Positions 1 to 10,257 of a DNA stretch of 64,000 nucleotides are shown piece by piece (the stretch's first letter is position 1; each line of letters opens with the position of its first letter). Where the stretch lies: positions 38,603-102,602 of the forward strand of contig JAIOHU010000194.1 in assembly GCA_019912845.1 (NCBI GenBank). The letters are read 5' to 3'. The position numbers were made by a program, and so were the translations under genes. A model generated the notes under the pieces. It ran no database searches. It had not been told where the DNA came from and saw only the letters and a program-made list of their open reading frames with translations. The stretch comes from a bacterium (lineage in GTDB: Bacteria; Electryoneota; Electryoneia; Electryoneales; Electryoneaceae).

Positions 1-102
1 GAACAGGTTGCTATCAGCTTTGCTGAACTTGATCTGGGAATTTATCAAAATTCTGGTAATCCAGGTTTAAAACATATTCCGGCTGGATACACACGACACT
101 GA
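1..102 (+). CDS. Possible 3' end of an upstream gene (partial, unknown product)
   Basis: Frame 1 is open from base 1 to TGA at 100-102 (EQVAISFAELDLGIYQNSGNPGLKHIPAGYTRH*). No recognisable motif. Confidence 0.3.
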   Translation, partial: EQVAISFAELDLGIYQNSGNPGLKHIPAGYTRH

Positions 103-220
103 ATGTACTGCAGTTGAAATAAAGACAAAGTTTTTGAAATATTTATATTAGGTCCATAACAATTAAGAAAACAGGGTGTCGGATTTCAACGTTCAACACT
201 ATCCCCGGGTTCAATCTTTT

Positions 221-243
221 GCCGAACTGGAGTTCGGCGCTCC
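221..243 (-). repeat. GGAG-tagged REP-like palindrome (family A variant)
   Basis: Reverse complement reads GGAGC-GCCGAACT-CC-AGTTCGGC. Same layout as the family A copies with a co-varied stem. Confidence 0.75.
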
Positions 244-493
244 AAAATACGCAACGCTCCAAATCCGCGGCAACATAACAAAAAATCAATCTTTACTATC
301 TTTTATATCTTTATCATCTTGTTCCAGTGTTTTGAGGTTTTCATTTAACGGCTAATTCCTCATCCCTGATTCCTGATTGGCGAAGCCACCTGGGATCATG
401 CTGCTATCAATAGAAGGGTGAATCGAGACAGAAACTGAATAGGAAAACCTATCCCAGTGATACAAAATCACGGGCTACCTTTCAAATGTCCTC

Positions 494-2431
494 TCAATAC
501 GTCGCTTTTTTATCCCCCATCGCGAACCATTCTTCATAAATAATCTCTAAATTCGCTTCAGTCTGTTGCAGGGTGTCGCGTTTGATGTTGGCACGTTTGG
601 TGTTGCCTTTAGATTCCTCTTTTTCGATCTCAGAGGATAGCCGTTCACGTTGCTCCTCAAGTCTTTCGATCTCCTTCTCAAGAAAATCAAATCGTTCTTT
701 ATTGAATTTTAACTTGCGGAAACTTCGAACTCTGTTGCTTTTCTTTGTGTCAACGTTCTCTTCGACAATTTTTTCTTTAGACCTCTTTTTCTCTTCTGTA
801 TAGGCTTCAAAGAAATCCGAGAAATTTCCCTCGTACTGGACGATCTGAGGTGGATTGATATAGAGCACCAGCTCCACCATTTTATCGAGGAAATAGCGAT
901 CGTGGCTGATAACAAATATGGTGCCCTCGAACTCCTCCAAGGCATCTTCTACAACTTCACGGCTGCGGATATCAAGGTGGTTGGTAGGTTCATCCAGCAG
1001 GAGGAAATTTGGGTGACGGATCATCAGGGTTGCCAGTTGCAGACGTGCCTTTTCACCACCGGAAAGCACCGAAACCGGTTTATCGAGATCATCACGCGAG
1101 AAGAGAAAACGGTAGAGCAATCCCTCCGCCTCATTTCGAAGCAGACCACCCAGACGCATCGCTTCTTCGACCAGCGAATTCCCAAATTCGAGGTTCTGAC
1201 CCATTTGCGTGAAATAGCCGATTTTCATCGACTTTCCCACACGCAGGGTCATATTCTCCCAACGTCCCTCTGAAATAATATCATTGAAGAGGGTAGTTTT
1301 TCCTGTGCCATTTGCACCAACTAAAGCAACTTTATCTCCCTGGGCGATACGGAAGGTGGCATTTTCAATCAGCAGTTTGTCGTCACCATAGTCGCGTGAA
1401 TACTCATTCACATCAAGAGCGATATCACCTTTGGTACGTACCCCACCGAAACGAATACCCATCTTACGTTTATCCTCACGGATACGTTCGCCCGCGTCCA
1501 CTTCCATCTTTTCGATGCGACGTTCGAATTGTTTCGCAGTACGTGCCAATCGAGGATTATCATACACATCAGCCCAGCTTTTCAAACGATGAATCTGGAA
1601 TTGAAGACGTGCCCGCTCCTTCTCCATCCGTTTAACAGCACTTTCAGCTTTCTCGATACGAAGCAGTTTTTCGGCACGATAGGCTGAATAGTTTCCGGAA
1701 TACTCCTCTATTTTACCATAGTCCAACTCCCACATCTTACGGCAGGTGTTGTCCAGCAGGTAGCGGTTATGTGAGACCAGGATGAAAGCGTTTCGGGAGG
1801 CTTTGAGGACATTCTCCAGCCAATCCAACCCCTCAAAATCGAGGTGATTGCCTGGCTCATCCAGCAGCATGATGTCTGGATCCTGTACAAGAATACGTGC
1901 GAGACCGATTATATTTCGTTCACCACCAGAAAATGTGGAAATATCTCGTTCCCAATCGAATCGCTTGATTCCAAGCCCATCAAGCACACCTTCTACCTTC
2001 GCATCCGCTTTCCAGCCATCCCGTGTGTCAAAGATATCGTGCAGGTAAGCGTAACGATCCATCAGACGTTTATAATTATCCTGATCCTCTTCTAAGGAGG
2101 GATCAGCCAACTCTACTTCGATCTGCCGTAATTCCTCCTCTATAGAGTCGAGGGCTGCAATCCCCTCTCTTACCTCTTCATATAAAGTACGTCCAGGATG
2201 ATAGAGTGGGTCTTGCTTTAAGTATGCGATCCGAACGCCAGTAGTAGTAACAATATGCCCGTCTGTTGCCTCTTCGCTGCCTTCCAGCAGGCGTAGCAGG
2301 GTTGTTTTGCCAACACCATTTCGTCCAACCAGTCCGATGTGATCGCCACGGTTGATCTCTGTGGAGACAGAACGCAGGACTTCCTGGGCGGCGTATGATT
2401 TATGGAGATTATTTATTGTAAGCAGGCTCAT
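494..2431 (-). CDS. ABC-F family ATP-binding protein (two ABC cassettes, no TM segments, C-terminal coiled coil; Uup/YheS/YdiF-like)
   Basis: Walker A GRNGVGKT and GANGTGKT, signatures FSGGE and LSGGE, Walker B LLDEPGNHLD and LLDEPTNHLD, SHNR/SHDR H-loops, Y(S/E)GN(Y/F)S linker motifs. Confidence 0.93.
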   Translation of the reverse strand: MSLLTINNLHKSYAAQEVLRSVSTEINRGDHIGLVGRNGVGKTTLLRLLEGSEEATDGHIVTTTGVRIAYLKQDPLYHPGRTLYEEVREGIAALDSIEEELRQIEVELADPSLEEDQDNYKRLMDRYAYLHDIFDTRDGWKADAKVEGVLDGLGIKRFDWERDISTFSGGERNIIGLARILVQDPDIMLLDEPGNHLDFEGLDWLENVLKASRNAFILVSHNRYLLDNTCRKMWELDYGKIEEYSGNYSAYRAEKLLRIEKAESAVKRMEKERARLQFQIHRLKSWADVYDNPRLARTAKQFERRIEKMEVDAGERIREDKRKMGIRFGGVRTKGDIALDVNEYSRDYGDDKLLIENATFRIAQGDKVALVGANGTGKTTLFNDIISEGRWENMTLRVGKSMKIGYFTQMGQNLEFGNSLVEEAMRLGGLLRNEAEGLLYRFLFSRDDLDKPVSVLSGGEKARLQLATLMIRHPNFLLLDEPTNHLDIRSREVVEDALEEFEGTIFVISHDRYFLDKMVELVLYINPPQIVQYEGNFSDFFEAYTEEKKRSKEKIVEENVDTKKSNRVRSFRKLKFNKERFDFLEKEIERLEEQRERLSSEIEKEESKGNTKRANIKRDTLQQTEANLEIIYEEWFAMGDKKATY

Positions 2432-3020
2432 AATGATTCTGATGCGGTTTGAAAACCACCTGAAAGTTTAATTAAACTCAGCTAGTGCGGTCATCCCTGA
2501 TCTTCAGTTTGACTGCCAAATTGTAATCATACCTCATGCTCACTTCAAGTGGAGGTGATCCCTCATCCTCCCCCTTATGCATCAATGTATACCAATGCTG
2601 GCTTAAAAAATCAAACAAAACCTCGGCATGGCTAATCACTGAAGGCTTCAGGAAAATAGCATAAAACTCTCCTCCAGAGGCATTTTGTGAAAATAATGAA
2701 AGATTCTGCCTGGAATCTTCAAAATATCAATTTCAGAGTTAAAGTGAATGGTTCTCGATCTCTACTTTAATTTATTAGTGTATAGATAACAAGAGTTTAC
2801 ATATCGTTCTTCTCTAAAAAAACACTCCTAAGAAATTATAGCTTCAGGTTTAAGTTTTTTGAGTTTCCTGGCAAACTTCAAGTTAGTGCTAAGCTTTATG
2901 TTGCCAGTTTTATCTCAAATATTTCGCTTACTTTAACTTTTAACACCTTGTTTTCTTAAGGATTAATAAAAAAACTTAAAGTAAATGGTAAAGTTTACTT
3001 GTTAATGTGCTACTTTAAAT

Positions 3021-3047
3021 TAAAGTTACTATCAATCAATCCGATAA
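3021..3047 (+). promoter_or_regulatory. Sigma28 (FliA/SigD)-type promoter of flagellin
   Basis: TAAAGTTA-N11-TCCGATAA, against the consensus TAAAGTTT-N11-GCCGATAA, about 70 nt upstream of the flagellin ATG. Confidence 0.85.
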
Positions 3048-3116
3048 AGTTAATGTCAGGGAACGAAATAAGTTCGCAAGAGATCTTAAGCCCTACATTA
3101 GCAAGAGAGGTATGTC

Positions 3117-3953
3117 ATGAGTACAAGAATCAACCACAACATTCTCTCCATGACAGCGCAGAGAAACATGTGGGTCACCCAGAATGATATGGAGACTTCG
3201 ATCAATCGTTTGTCTTCAGGTCTTCGTGTTAATTATGCATGGGAAGATCCCGCAGGTCTCGCAGTCAGTGAAAGAATGCGTGCGCAAATTTCATCCATGG
3301 TTGAAGCAGAACGTAACGCCAACTATGATGTAAACTTGCTCGCAACTGCTGAAGGTGCGATGATGGTTATCGACGAAAAGTTGAACCGGATGCGTGCCCT
3401 ATCAGTACAGGCTTCAAATGGTGCCTTAACTTCTACCGATCGCGGTTACATCGACGTTGAATTCCAACAGTTGAAATCCGAGATCACAAGAATCGCTGAG
3501 ACCACCAATTACAACGGCTTGAACCTGATTGACGGTTCTTTCAGTTCCGGAACAGGGATCAAGTTCCACATCGGCACGTACAACACTGCCAACCAGGATT
3601 ACTACTATGTCAACATCAACAGTATGACAGCTGCATCCCTCGGGTTGGGATCAGCCAATCTGTTGACTACGACTACAGCTCAGTCTGCAATCCTGTCGCT
3701 CGACTCTGCGATCAACTCAAAAGACTCAGAGCGTACTCGAGTAGGTTCGTACGTGGAACGTCTGCAGAATACAATTCTTAACCTGCAGATCAGCCGTGAA
3801 AATGCGCAGGCGTCCGAATCTCAAATTCGTGACGCGGACATCGCCGAAGAGATGAGTAATTTCGTTCGTTCCCAGATTCTCTTCCAGACCGGCACATCGA
3901 TGCTGGCACAGGCGAATATGATTCCGCAGATCGTCTCTGGATTGGTCGGTTAG
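3117..3953 (+). CDS. fliC: Flagellin (short, 278 aa, D0/D1 with minimal variable region)
   Basis: N-terminal RINHNI...RLSSGLRVN...DPAGLAVSE, C-terminal SESQIRDADIAEEM...MLAQAN. RBS GAGG, sigma28 promoter and terminator are present. Confidence 0.96.
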   Translation: MSTRINHNILSMTAQRNMWVTQNDMETSINRLSSGLRVNYAWEDPAGLAVSERMRAQISSMVEAERNANYDVNLLATAEGAMMVIDEKLNRMRALSVQASNGALTSTDRGYIDVEFQQLKSEITRIAETTNYNGLNLIDGSFSSGTGIKFHIGTYNTANQDYYYVNINSMTAASLGLGSANLLTTTTAQSAILSLDSAINSKDSERTRVGSYVERLQNTILNLQISRENAQASESQIRDADIAEEMSNFVRSQILFQTGTSMLAQANMIPQIVSGLVG

Positions 3954-3986
3954 TCGTAGCAAAGACGCTTGATCACGTCAGAATGG

Positions 3987-4024
3987 AAAACCTCATCCCT
4001 CTCAAAGGGATGAGGTTTTGTTTT
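3987..4024 (+). terminator. Intrinsic terminator after flagellin
   Basis: Perfect 14-bp stem AAAACCTCATCCCT/AGGGATGAGGTTTT, 5-nt loop, followed by GTTTT. Confidence 0.9.
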
Positions 4025-4290
4025 CCAGACATTTAGCATTCAGCATACACAGAGTCGAATTATTCCTGAAGTCGTTCAAGTTAATACCCCTTTCAATTCC
4101 AGATACAATCCATCAATCAAATATAAGCAAAGAACCAGAGGAGCACTCGTGGAAGGTTTGCCCTATCTGTTTTGGGGAACATTTCGCTTGTTATCGGTTG
4201 AAATTCCTTATATTCTCTAGTGTATTGAAATTGATAGAAGTATCTACGCTTTTCGCTGGAAAGCGTTTAGCAGCATAAGGGGAGGAATGA

Positions 4291-5289
4291 ATGAACATTC
4301 CGTATAAACATGTGAATATTGGTGGTGAAATATTTCGCGTACCAGATTTAGGCAAGATGTTTGGTGGCTGGTGGGTGATTATTCTCATCGTTATTGCACT
4401 CTGGATGGCTAGCGGTATTTATATCGTTGGTCCTGACGAAGAAGGGGTCATACGTACCTTCGGCAAGATGACGAGGATTCATTCGCCGGGCTTGCACTAC
4501 CATTTTCCATATCCTATCGAGCAGGTATTAAAGCCTAAGGTCACGGAAGTAAAACGTATTGAGATAGGATTTCGCAGTAGACGGGGAGGTCAGCCTCTGG
4601 ATGTTCCGGAAGAATCGCTGATGCTCACCGGAGGGCTGAATATCGTCGATATGGATTTCATCGTGCAATATAAAATTCAGGATCCGGTGAAATACTTGTT
4701 CTTCGTGCGTGATGTTCCGACCACCATGCGTATCGCCGCGGAAGCAGTGATTCGCCAGGTTGTTGGAAAACACAAAATTGATGAGGTATTAACAACTGGA
4801 AAAGGTGAGCTTCAGGCTGAAGCATTGCAATCACTGCAATCTATCCTGAACAGTTACGAGATCGGTGTGACGGTCACCCAGATTCAGCTCAAAGATGTCT
4901 GGCCTCCCAATGAGGTCGAGGATGCATTCCGTGAGGTTGCTTCTGCGAAAGAGGACCGTGCACGGTTGATTAATGAAGCACAGGGATATGAAAACAAATT
5001 GATTCCCAAGACGCGCGGTGAAGCGGCTGAGCAGGTTAAACAAGCAGAAGCGTATGCCGCAGAACGTGTCACACGTGCAGAGGGTGATGCAGCTAATTTC
5101 CTCGCAGTGTTGGAGCAGTATAGACGATCACCGAATGTGACAAGGAAACGTATGCTTTTGGAAACACTTGAAATTATTCTCCCGCGATTTAATAAGTATA
5201 TCCTGGACAGCAAAAATGGAGACCTGATAAATGTGGTTGGTTCTTCGCTTGCAAAAGAACCGAGTAGTGTGAAAGGGGGTTCACGATGA
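4291..5289 (+). CDS. hflK: FtsH protease modulator HflK (SPFH domain)
   Basis: N-terminal TM, GLHYHFPYPIE, ESLMLTG, PPNEVEDAFREV, NEAQGY, PKTRGEA; paired with hflC. Confidence 0.93.
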   Translation: MNIPYKHVNIGGEIFRVPDLGKMFGGWWVIILIVIALWMASGIYIVGPDEEGVIRTFGKMTRIHSPGLHYHFPYPIEQVLKPKVTEVKRIEIGFRSRRGGQPLDVPEESLMLTGGLNIVDMDFIVQYKIQDPVKYLFFVRDVPTTMRIAAEAVIRQVVGKHKIDEVLTTGKGELQAEALQSLQSILNSYEIGVTVTQIQLKDVWPPNEVEDAFREVASAKEDRARLINEAQGYENKLIPKTRGEAAEQVKQAEAYAAERVTRAEGDAANFLAVLEQYRRSPNVTRKRMLLETLEIILPRFNKYILDSKNGDLINVVGSSLAKEPSSVKGGSR

Positions 5290-6143
5290 CAAAGACCATG
5301 CGAACTCTTATAGGGATAGTAATTGCTGTATTCCTGGTATCACTGGTTACTTATACAGTGGATGAAACCGAGCAGGTTATTATTCTTCAATTTGGTAAAC
5401 CGGTGGGTATGGTGAATAACGCTGGCTTGAAATTCAAGTTGCCGCCACCTTTTAATACGATTGAGCGATTTGAAAAAAGATTGCTCATTTATGATAGCCC
5501 TCCAAACATTGTGGTCACACAAGACAAGAAAAACCTGGTCGTAGATTCGTATGCCAGGTGGCAAATTGTTGATCCATTGCTTTTCCGGCAGACTGTACGT
5601 ACAGAGTCGGGAGCACAGGCTCGTCTCGACGATATTATCTATTCCGATCTTCTCCAGGAATTAGGGCAGCACGAGATGGAAGAAGTTGTAAGTGAAAATC
5701 GTGAAGACATCATGGTAGCTGTTACCAGATATGCAAATGAAAAGGCTAAAGATTTCGGGCTGGAAATCCTGGATGTTCGCATCAAACGTACCGACCTCCC
5801 TCGTGAAAATGAAGATGCTATTTTCCGTAGAATGAGAGCGGAACGGATGCGTATTGCAAATCTCTACCGGTCTGAAGGTGAAGAGGAAGCTCTCAAGATT
5901 CGGGCTGAAGCGGACAAGCAGATTAAAGTTATCATGGCGGATGCTTACAAAGAATCCCAGATTCTTCGCGGTGAAGCAGAGGCCATTGCGGTGAAAACAT
6001 ACGCCGATGCTTTCAACAAGGATCCAGATTTTTACGAATTCTTTAGAACACTTCAGATGTACGAGAACGCTTTAGATGAGAATACAACTCTCGTATTGCC
6101 GCCTGATTCGGAGGTATACAAATACCTGAAATCGAGCAAATGA
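5286..6143 (+). CDS. hflC: FtsH protease modulator HflC
   Basis: VDETEQVIILQFGKP, GLKFKLP, DVRIKRTDLP, RMRAER, DPDFYEFFRTL. Start overlaps the hflK stop (ATGA). Confidence 0.94.
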   Translation: MTKTMRTLIGIVIAVFLVSLVTYTVDETEQVIILQFGKPVGMVNNAGLKFKLPPPFNTIERFEKRLLIYDSPPNIVVTQDKKNLVVDSYARWQIVDPLLFRQTVRTESGAQARLDDIIYSDLLQELGQHEMEEVVSENREDIMVAVTRYANEKAKDFGLEILDVRIKRTDLPRENEDAIFRRMRAERMRIANLYRSEGEEEALKIRAEADKQIKVIMADAYKESQILRGEAEAIAVKTYADAFNKDPDFYEFFRTLQMYENALDENTTLVLPPDSEVYKYLKSSK

Positions 6144-8980
6144 ACAATTCGTATATACGAAAATTACGCTGGTTAAATTTTTCCGTCAACCGGTTTGGAA
6201 CATTGCATGGCGATTTTCAGCTTGCACCAGACCGGTTAACGGTATTGCACGGTGAAAATGAAGCGGGTAAAAGTACATTTGTTGCTGCGCTTCTGGCTGT
6301 CTTATACGGTTTATCTGACCAGGAGGCAGGTGTGCGTCCACAAAGGACGCATTTCCTGCCCTGGGAGGGTGACAGTTTTAAGGCTACTCTCGGGTTTGGC
6401 TGGAATGACCGCATTTTCAGGATCGATCGGAACTTCAGGGATCAAACAGTTCATTTGATGACTGAGTCTGGTGAAAATTCCGATCATCTGGTGAGCGAAC
6501 ATGGTAATATGGATGGCATCGGATATCTGCTCACTGGTGGCTTTACACCTGAAGTCTTCATTAAAAGTTTTATCGTACCACAAGAACAGGCTGCCCTGAT
6601 TTCGAGCCCGGGGGAACTGGCAGAAAAAGTCCAAGCATTGACACGGATTTCACCCGGAAGTTCAGCGACTCAATCAGCACGTCAAATTCTCCAAGAGCTT
6701 ATAGGATCAGCAGAAAATTCTGAGGGAGAGGGTACTTCCATTCTCACAGAGAAATATCGCCTCTCCCAAAATATGACGAAGTTACTCGAAGAGCATGCGT
6801 CACTGGTACAGCTCAAGAAAGAAGCAGACCATGTTGTGCGTGATCTGATAGCTCTCGAAAATGAACGAGTAACGCTGAAAACTCGTTTGAAAAGCATTCG
6901 TCGTGGTATTTTACTGAATGAAAAGAAAGACCTTGAATCCCGCCATGATGATATCCTGAATCACACAAAACGTCTTGAGACGCTTCAGGAGGAAGAGGCG
7001 GAATACAAGGATGCCGCACATATCACTTCCAACCTTGAGAAAAAGTTTACCCAGGTTTATGAACGATATCGGGAAGCTGCCGCTACTGCTGAAGGTGCTG
7101 TTCAGGAACGGCAGAAACGGCATGACACGTTTGAATCTGAAAAAGGTAAGATAACAGAATTCTCAAATCTTACTGAATTTGAAATCGAAGAGCTGGATGA
7201 TCTCAGCCAGAATCTTCATCTTTGGAAAAATCTGAACGAAAAACGAGCACGTATTGAAGAGGAATTGGATAAAGAGAAGGAGAACCTGGCAGGACGAGGT
7301 ATCTTTGCCAGACGACTTGAACTTGTTCAGGCGAACTTCCAGATACTTTCGGAAGAAACTCTCCTGGAATATGATCGGCTGGTAGCCGAGCACGATCAAG
7401 CTGAAGCGGAACTAAGGCAAGCTGATGAACGGGTTGCCAAAACCCAACTACCAAAACGAAAAATACGACTGACTCCTTTTGCCATAAGCATCGCATTGAT
7501 TGCGCTGATCGCAGCAATAGGCTCGGCATTGGAGTGGAAACTCGCACAAAATGAACTGGCTGCATTGATGGTTACCAGTGTAGCTGTAATTCTTGTTGTG
7601 GTGCTTGGTGTGCTAGAACATGTAACTTTCCAGCATTCAGCTCGTCAATCCAAACGTGAGCTTTCAGAATCTGAGAAAAAGTTAACCAGGATAGAAAAAA
7701 ATCTCGACTCACTGGCGATTTCAATAAATTTAAAAAATCACGATGAATTACGAAGTTTGCTGTCGGACTCACGCGATCTCTCCGGTGTCGGCAGCAAGTA
7801 TTTTGAGGTTAAAGCAGTCCATGATGATGCGCTTCACGAGCTTGAGTCCGTTGGTGAAAAGATACGTCCCTACCTTGAGGAAGCTGGTGTTATCGGTGAA
7901 GGTGAAATGCCAACCAGGGGCGAAGTGGACGGTTTTGCAGTGCATGTTGCCAATTATCGCAAGGCATTGGAAAAATATCGGTATGTAGAGAATCTTTATA
8001 CGAGTTCATTGGAAGAAGAACGTCGGGCTGCAGACAGAGTGGCTGGCTTCTGGAACGAGTTACAATCGATCTTCACAGAAGCAAAAATCACAGAGCGGGA
8101 AGAAGTTGAACAAGCAGCTAAAGAGTTTAATGTACTGAGTAGCCGTGCTCAACATTACCGAGATATCAGTGAGCAAATCACAACGCTACAGTCTGACGCT
8201 GGCGAAGAGGGAATGCTGAACGCTCTGAAATCCCGCCTTGAGGATACATACCGATACCTTGCCCAATTGGATGATGTAGCTGCAGAACCGGGGACAGTCA
8301 TTCAGCTTCATGAGCTCGAGGAGCAGCTTCAGGACAGACTGCATGAACTGACCCGTGATCTTTCCGATGAACGGGCGCACTTGACTATGCTACAACAGAA
8401 AATTTACCCGGCAATTCATCGTGCTGAACATCAACTAGCTTCAACTCGGAAATTGATGGAAGAAATTGAAATTAAAATCCATGCTCTAACTATTGCCGCA
8501 GATACCTTAAAAAATATAGAGAGCGACGTATTCGATAAGCTCTCGACCATGCTGAACGAAAAACTGCAACCGATTCTCGCTGAACTTGTGCCAAGATGGA
8601 GTGAAGCAACATTTGACAAAGACCTGAACCTGACAGCAAAGGATCGTCAAACAGGAAAAAGCATTTCAGCAGCGAAAGTGCAAAGATTATTGTCTGCAGG
8701 TGCCAGAGATTCGATCTTCCTGGGAGCGAGGTTGGCATTGAGCGACTATCTCGCTGGCGGCTATGTGGATGCACCGTACATCTTCGACGAACCTTTCGCT
8801 CACCTGGATGACAACCGATTCCGTACCGGAATGGATATGCTGATACGTCAGGTGAAAAATGGAAAGCAGGTGATCGTGTTGACCTGCCACAGTGGAAGGC
8901 ACAGAGAGTGGCTGGATCATCTGAACGTTGAGTTAAGGGATTCGGTACAAATGATGGAAATTGAGAGGGAGCTGGCATGA
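6140..8980 (+). CDS. SMC/Rad50-like ATPase (YhaN/AAA_27 type) with two central TM helices
   Basis: Walker A GENEAGKS, long coiled coils, hydrophobic hairpin at about aa 445-495, signature LSAGA, Walker B IFDEPF, AHLD D-loop, LTCH H-loop. Confidence 0.85.
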   Translation: MNNSYIRKLRWLNFSVNRFGTLHGDFQLAPDRLTVLHGENEAGKSTFVAALLAVLYGLSDQEAGVRPQRTHFLPWEGDSFKATLGFGWNDRIFRIDRNFRDQTVHLMTESGENSDHLVSEHGNMDGIGYLLTGGFTPEVFIKSFIVPQEQAALISSPGELAEKVQALTRISPGSSATQSARQILQELIGSAENSEGEGTSILTEKYRLSQNMTKLLEEHASLVQLKKEADHVVRDLIALENERVTLKTRLKSIRRGILLNEKKDLESRHDDILNHTKRLETLQEEEAEYKDAAHITSNLEKKFTQVYERYREAAATAEGAVQERQKRHDTFESEKGKITEFSNLTEFEIEELDDLSQNLHLWKNLNEKRARIEEELDKEKENLAGRGIFARRLELVQANFQILSEETLLEYDRLVAEHDQAEAELRQADERVAKTQLPKRKIRLTPFAISIALIALIAAIGSALEWKLAQNELAALMVTSVAVILVVVLGVLEHVTFQHSARQSKRELSESEKKLTRIEKNLDSLAISINLKNHDELRSLLSDSRDLSGVGSKYFEVKAVHDDALHELESVGEKIRPYLEEAGVIGEGEMPTRGEVDGFAVHVANYRKALEKYRYVENLYTSSLEEERRAADRVAGFWNELQSIFTEAKITEREEVEQAAKEFNVLSSRAQHYRDISEQITTLQSDAGEEGMLNALKSRLEDTYRYLAQLDDVAAEPGTVIQLHELEEQLQDRLHELTRDLSDERAHLTMLQQKIYPAIHRAEHQLASTRKLMEEIEIKIHALTIAADTLKNIESDVFDKLSTMLNEKLQPILAELVPRWSEATFDKDLNLTAKDRQTGKSISAAKVQRLLSAGARDSIFLGARLALSDYLAGGYVDAPYIFDEPFAHLDDNRFRTGMDMLIRQVKNGKQVIVLTCHSGRHREWLDHLNVELRDSVQMMEIERELA

Positions 8981-10158
8981 GTATTCGTATACTTCAGGCT
9001 TCTGGTCTCAAGCTGGGTGCACCAGTGCTGCCATCAGGACACGGCTTTAGTGAGGATATCGTACGTCAACGCGAAGCTCTCCAGAATAGCCTGCTGAGCA
9101 GAATCGTAACAATTGCACAGGATCAAAATGTTGATTTATTGATCCTTAATGGTGATTTATTCGATTTTTCATCATTTTGCCTTCCAACAATACGTTCAGT
9201 TATCTCCACCCTTAACACTATTCAGGAGACGGCAGTTGTTATTGTTCCTGGTGTGTCGGACAACTTGAGCGAACTAAGCCCTTACAAGGATATTGTGTCA
9301 ACTGCCCTCGGATTAAATTGGGGAGAACATCGTCATATCTTAAGCGATGTACGGTATTCTAACCTCAGTATCGAAACACTCCCCGACCTTATGATTTCAT
9401 TCTATTCTGATGCTGAGAGTACTATTTTTGAATCACAACCTGCCCCCGTTGAAGGAAAGATAAACATTCTGGTTTGCCCAAGTGCAGGGAATGGCAAGGT
9501 AGATTTAAATCAATATAACAAAGCGGGTTTCCAGTGGGTTATCGTTTCCGGGAGTGGATACGAAGAGGTCTTCTCAAATGAGACTGGTGACGTTCTTGCA
9601 GTAGATTCCGGTGAAGTCTTCCAGAACAGTTTTGAGCATCCTGGGAGTGGGAAAGTGGCGGTGTATGAAGTAGATGAAAATGGGATCAAGAAAGACACCC
9701 TCGATTATCACACAATCGATCCGACAAAATTGTTAACCATTCAGGTCGATCTTCCCCTCGAATATGATGATCAGACTATAGATGATATCATTAAAACGCA
9801 GATTGAAAAGCTGGACGTCACATTTGAAGATATCTTATGGATAAAATTCACAGGGAAACATATTGAAGGTCCTTTCGCTCGCTTTGAAATAAATCAATCA
9901 TTGAACTGTAATGCGTTTTTTATCGATACGAGTTCTGTTGAATTCCCTGGATTGGAAAAGATTGCTGTAATGGGGGATGTCATTCCTGAGATTGCCGAAC
10001 GTTTTCAACTCGCTCTGGAACTTAAGCTGGAAAAAGCCGGCTTAGCCGAATCTGAAAAAGTTGCCTTGCGAACCCTGGCATATCAGTATGGGATATCAGC
10101 TCTACGGGGAAAAACCCCTTATCCCTTTGGGGAAAGTAGTAAAAAGAGCACCGATTAA
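8977..10158 (+). CDS. SbcD/Mre11/YhaO-like metallophosphoesterase-fold protein with degenerate metal motifs
   Basis: IRILQASGLKLG, VDLLILNGDLFD and VVIVPGVSD fall at the positions of motifs I-III. Adjacent to and ATGA-coupled with a Rad50-like ATPase. Confidence 0.75.
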   Translation: MSIRILQASGLKLGAPVLPSGHGFSEDIVRQREALQNSLLSRIVTIAQDQNVDLLILNGDLFDFSSFCLPTIRSVISTLNTIQETAVVIVPGVSDNLSELSPYKDIVSTALGLNWGEHRHILSDVRYSNLSIETLPDLMISFYSDAESTIFESQPAPVEGKINILVCPSAGNGKVDLNQYNKAGFQWVIVSGSGYEEVFSNETGDVLAVDSGEVFQNSFEHPGSGKVAVYEVDENGIKKDTLDYHTIDPTKLLTIQVDLPLEYDDQTIDDIIKTQIEKLDVTFEDILWIKFTGKHIEGPFARFEINQSLNCNAFFIDTSSVEFPGLEKIAVMGDVIPEIAERFQLALELKLEKAGLAESEKVALRTLAYQYGISALRGKTPYPFGESSKKSTD

Positions 10159-10257
10159 GAAGAAGAAATCATTTGGATTCGTTAACACGGTTTTGCACGC
10201 TGAACAATACCTTCTAATTTGATTATTAAACTTCAAGTGCAGGAATAAATTACAATT

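Noticed and set aside
494..2431. Antibiotic-resistance (ARE) ABC-F
   Set aside because: Nothing in the sequence distinguishes it from housekeeping ABC-F subfamilies, and no attenuator leader is evident. A phylogeny would be needed.
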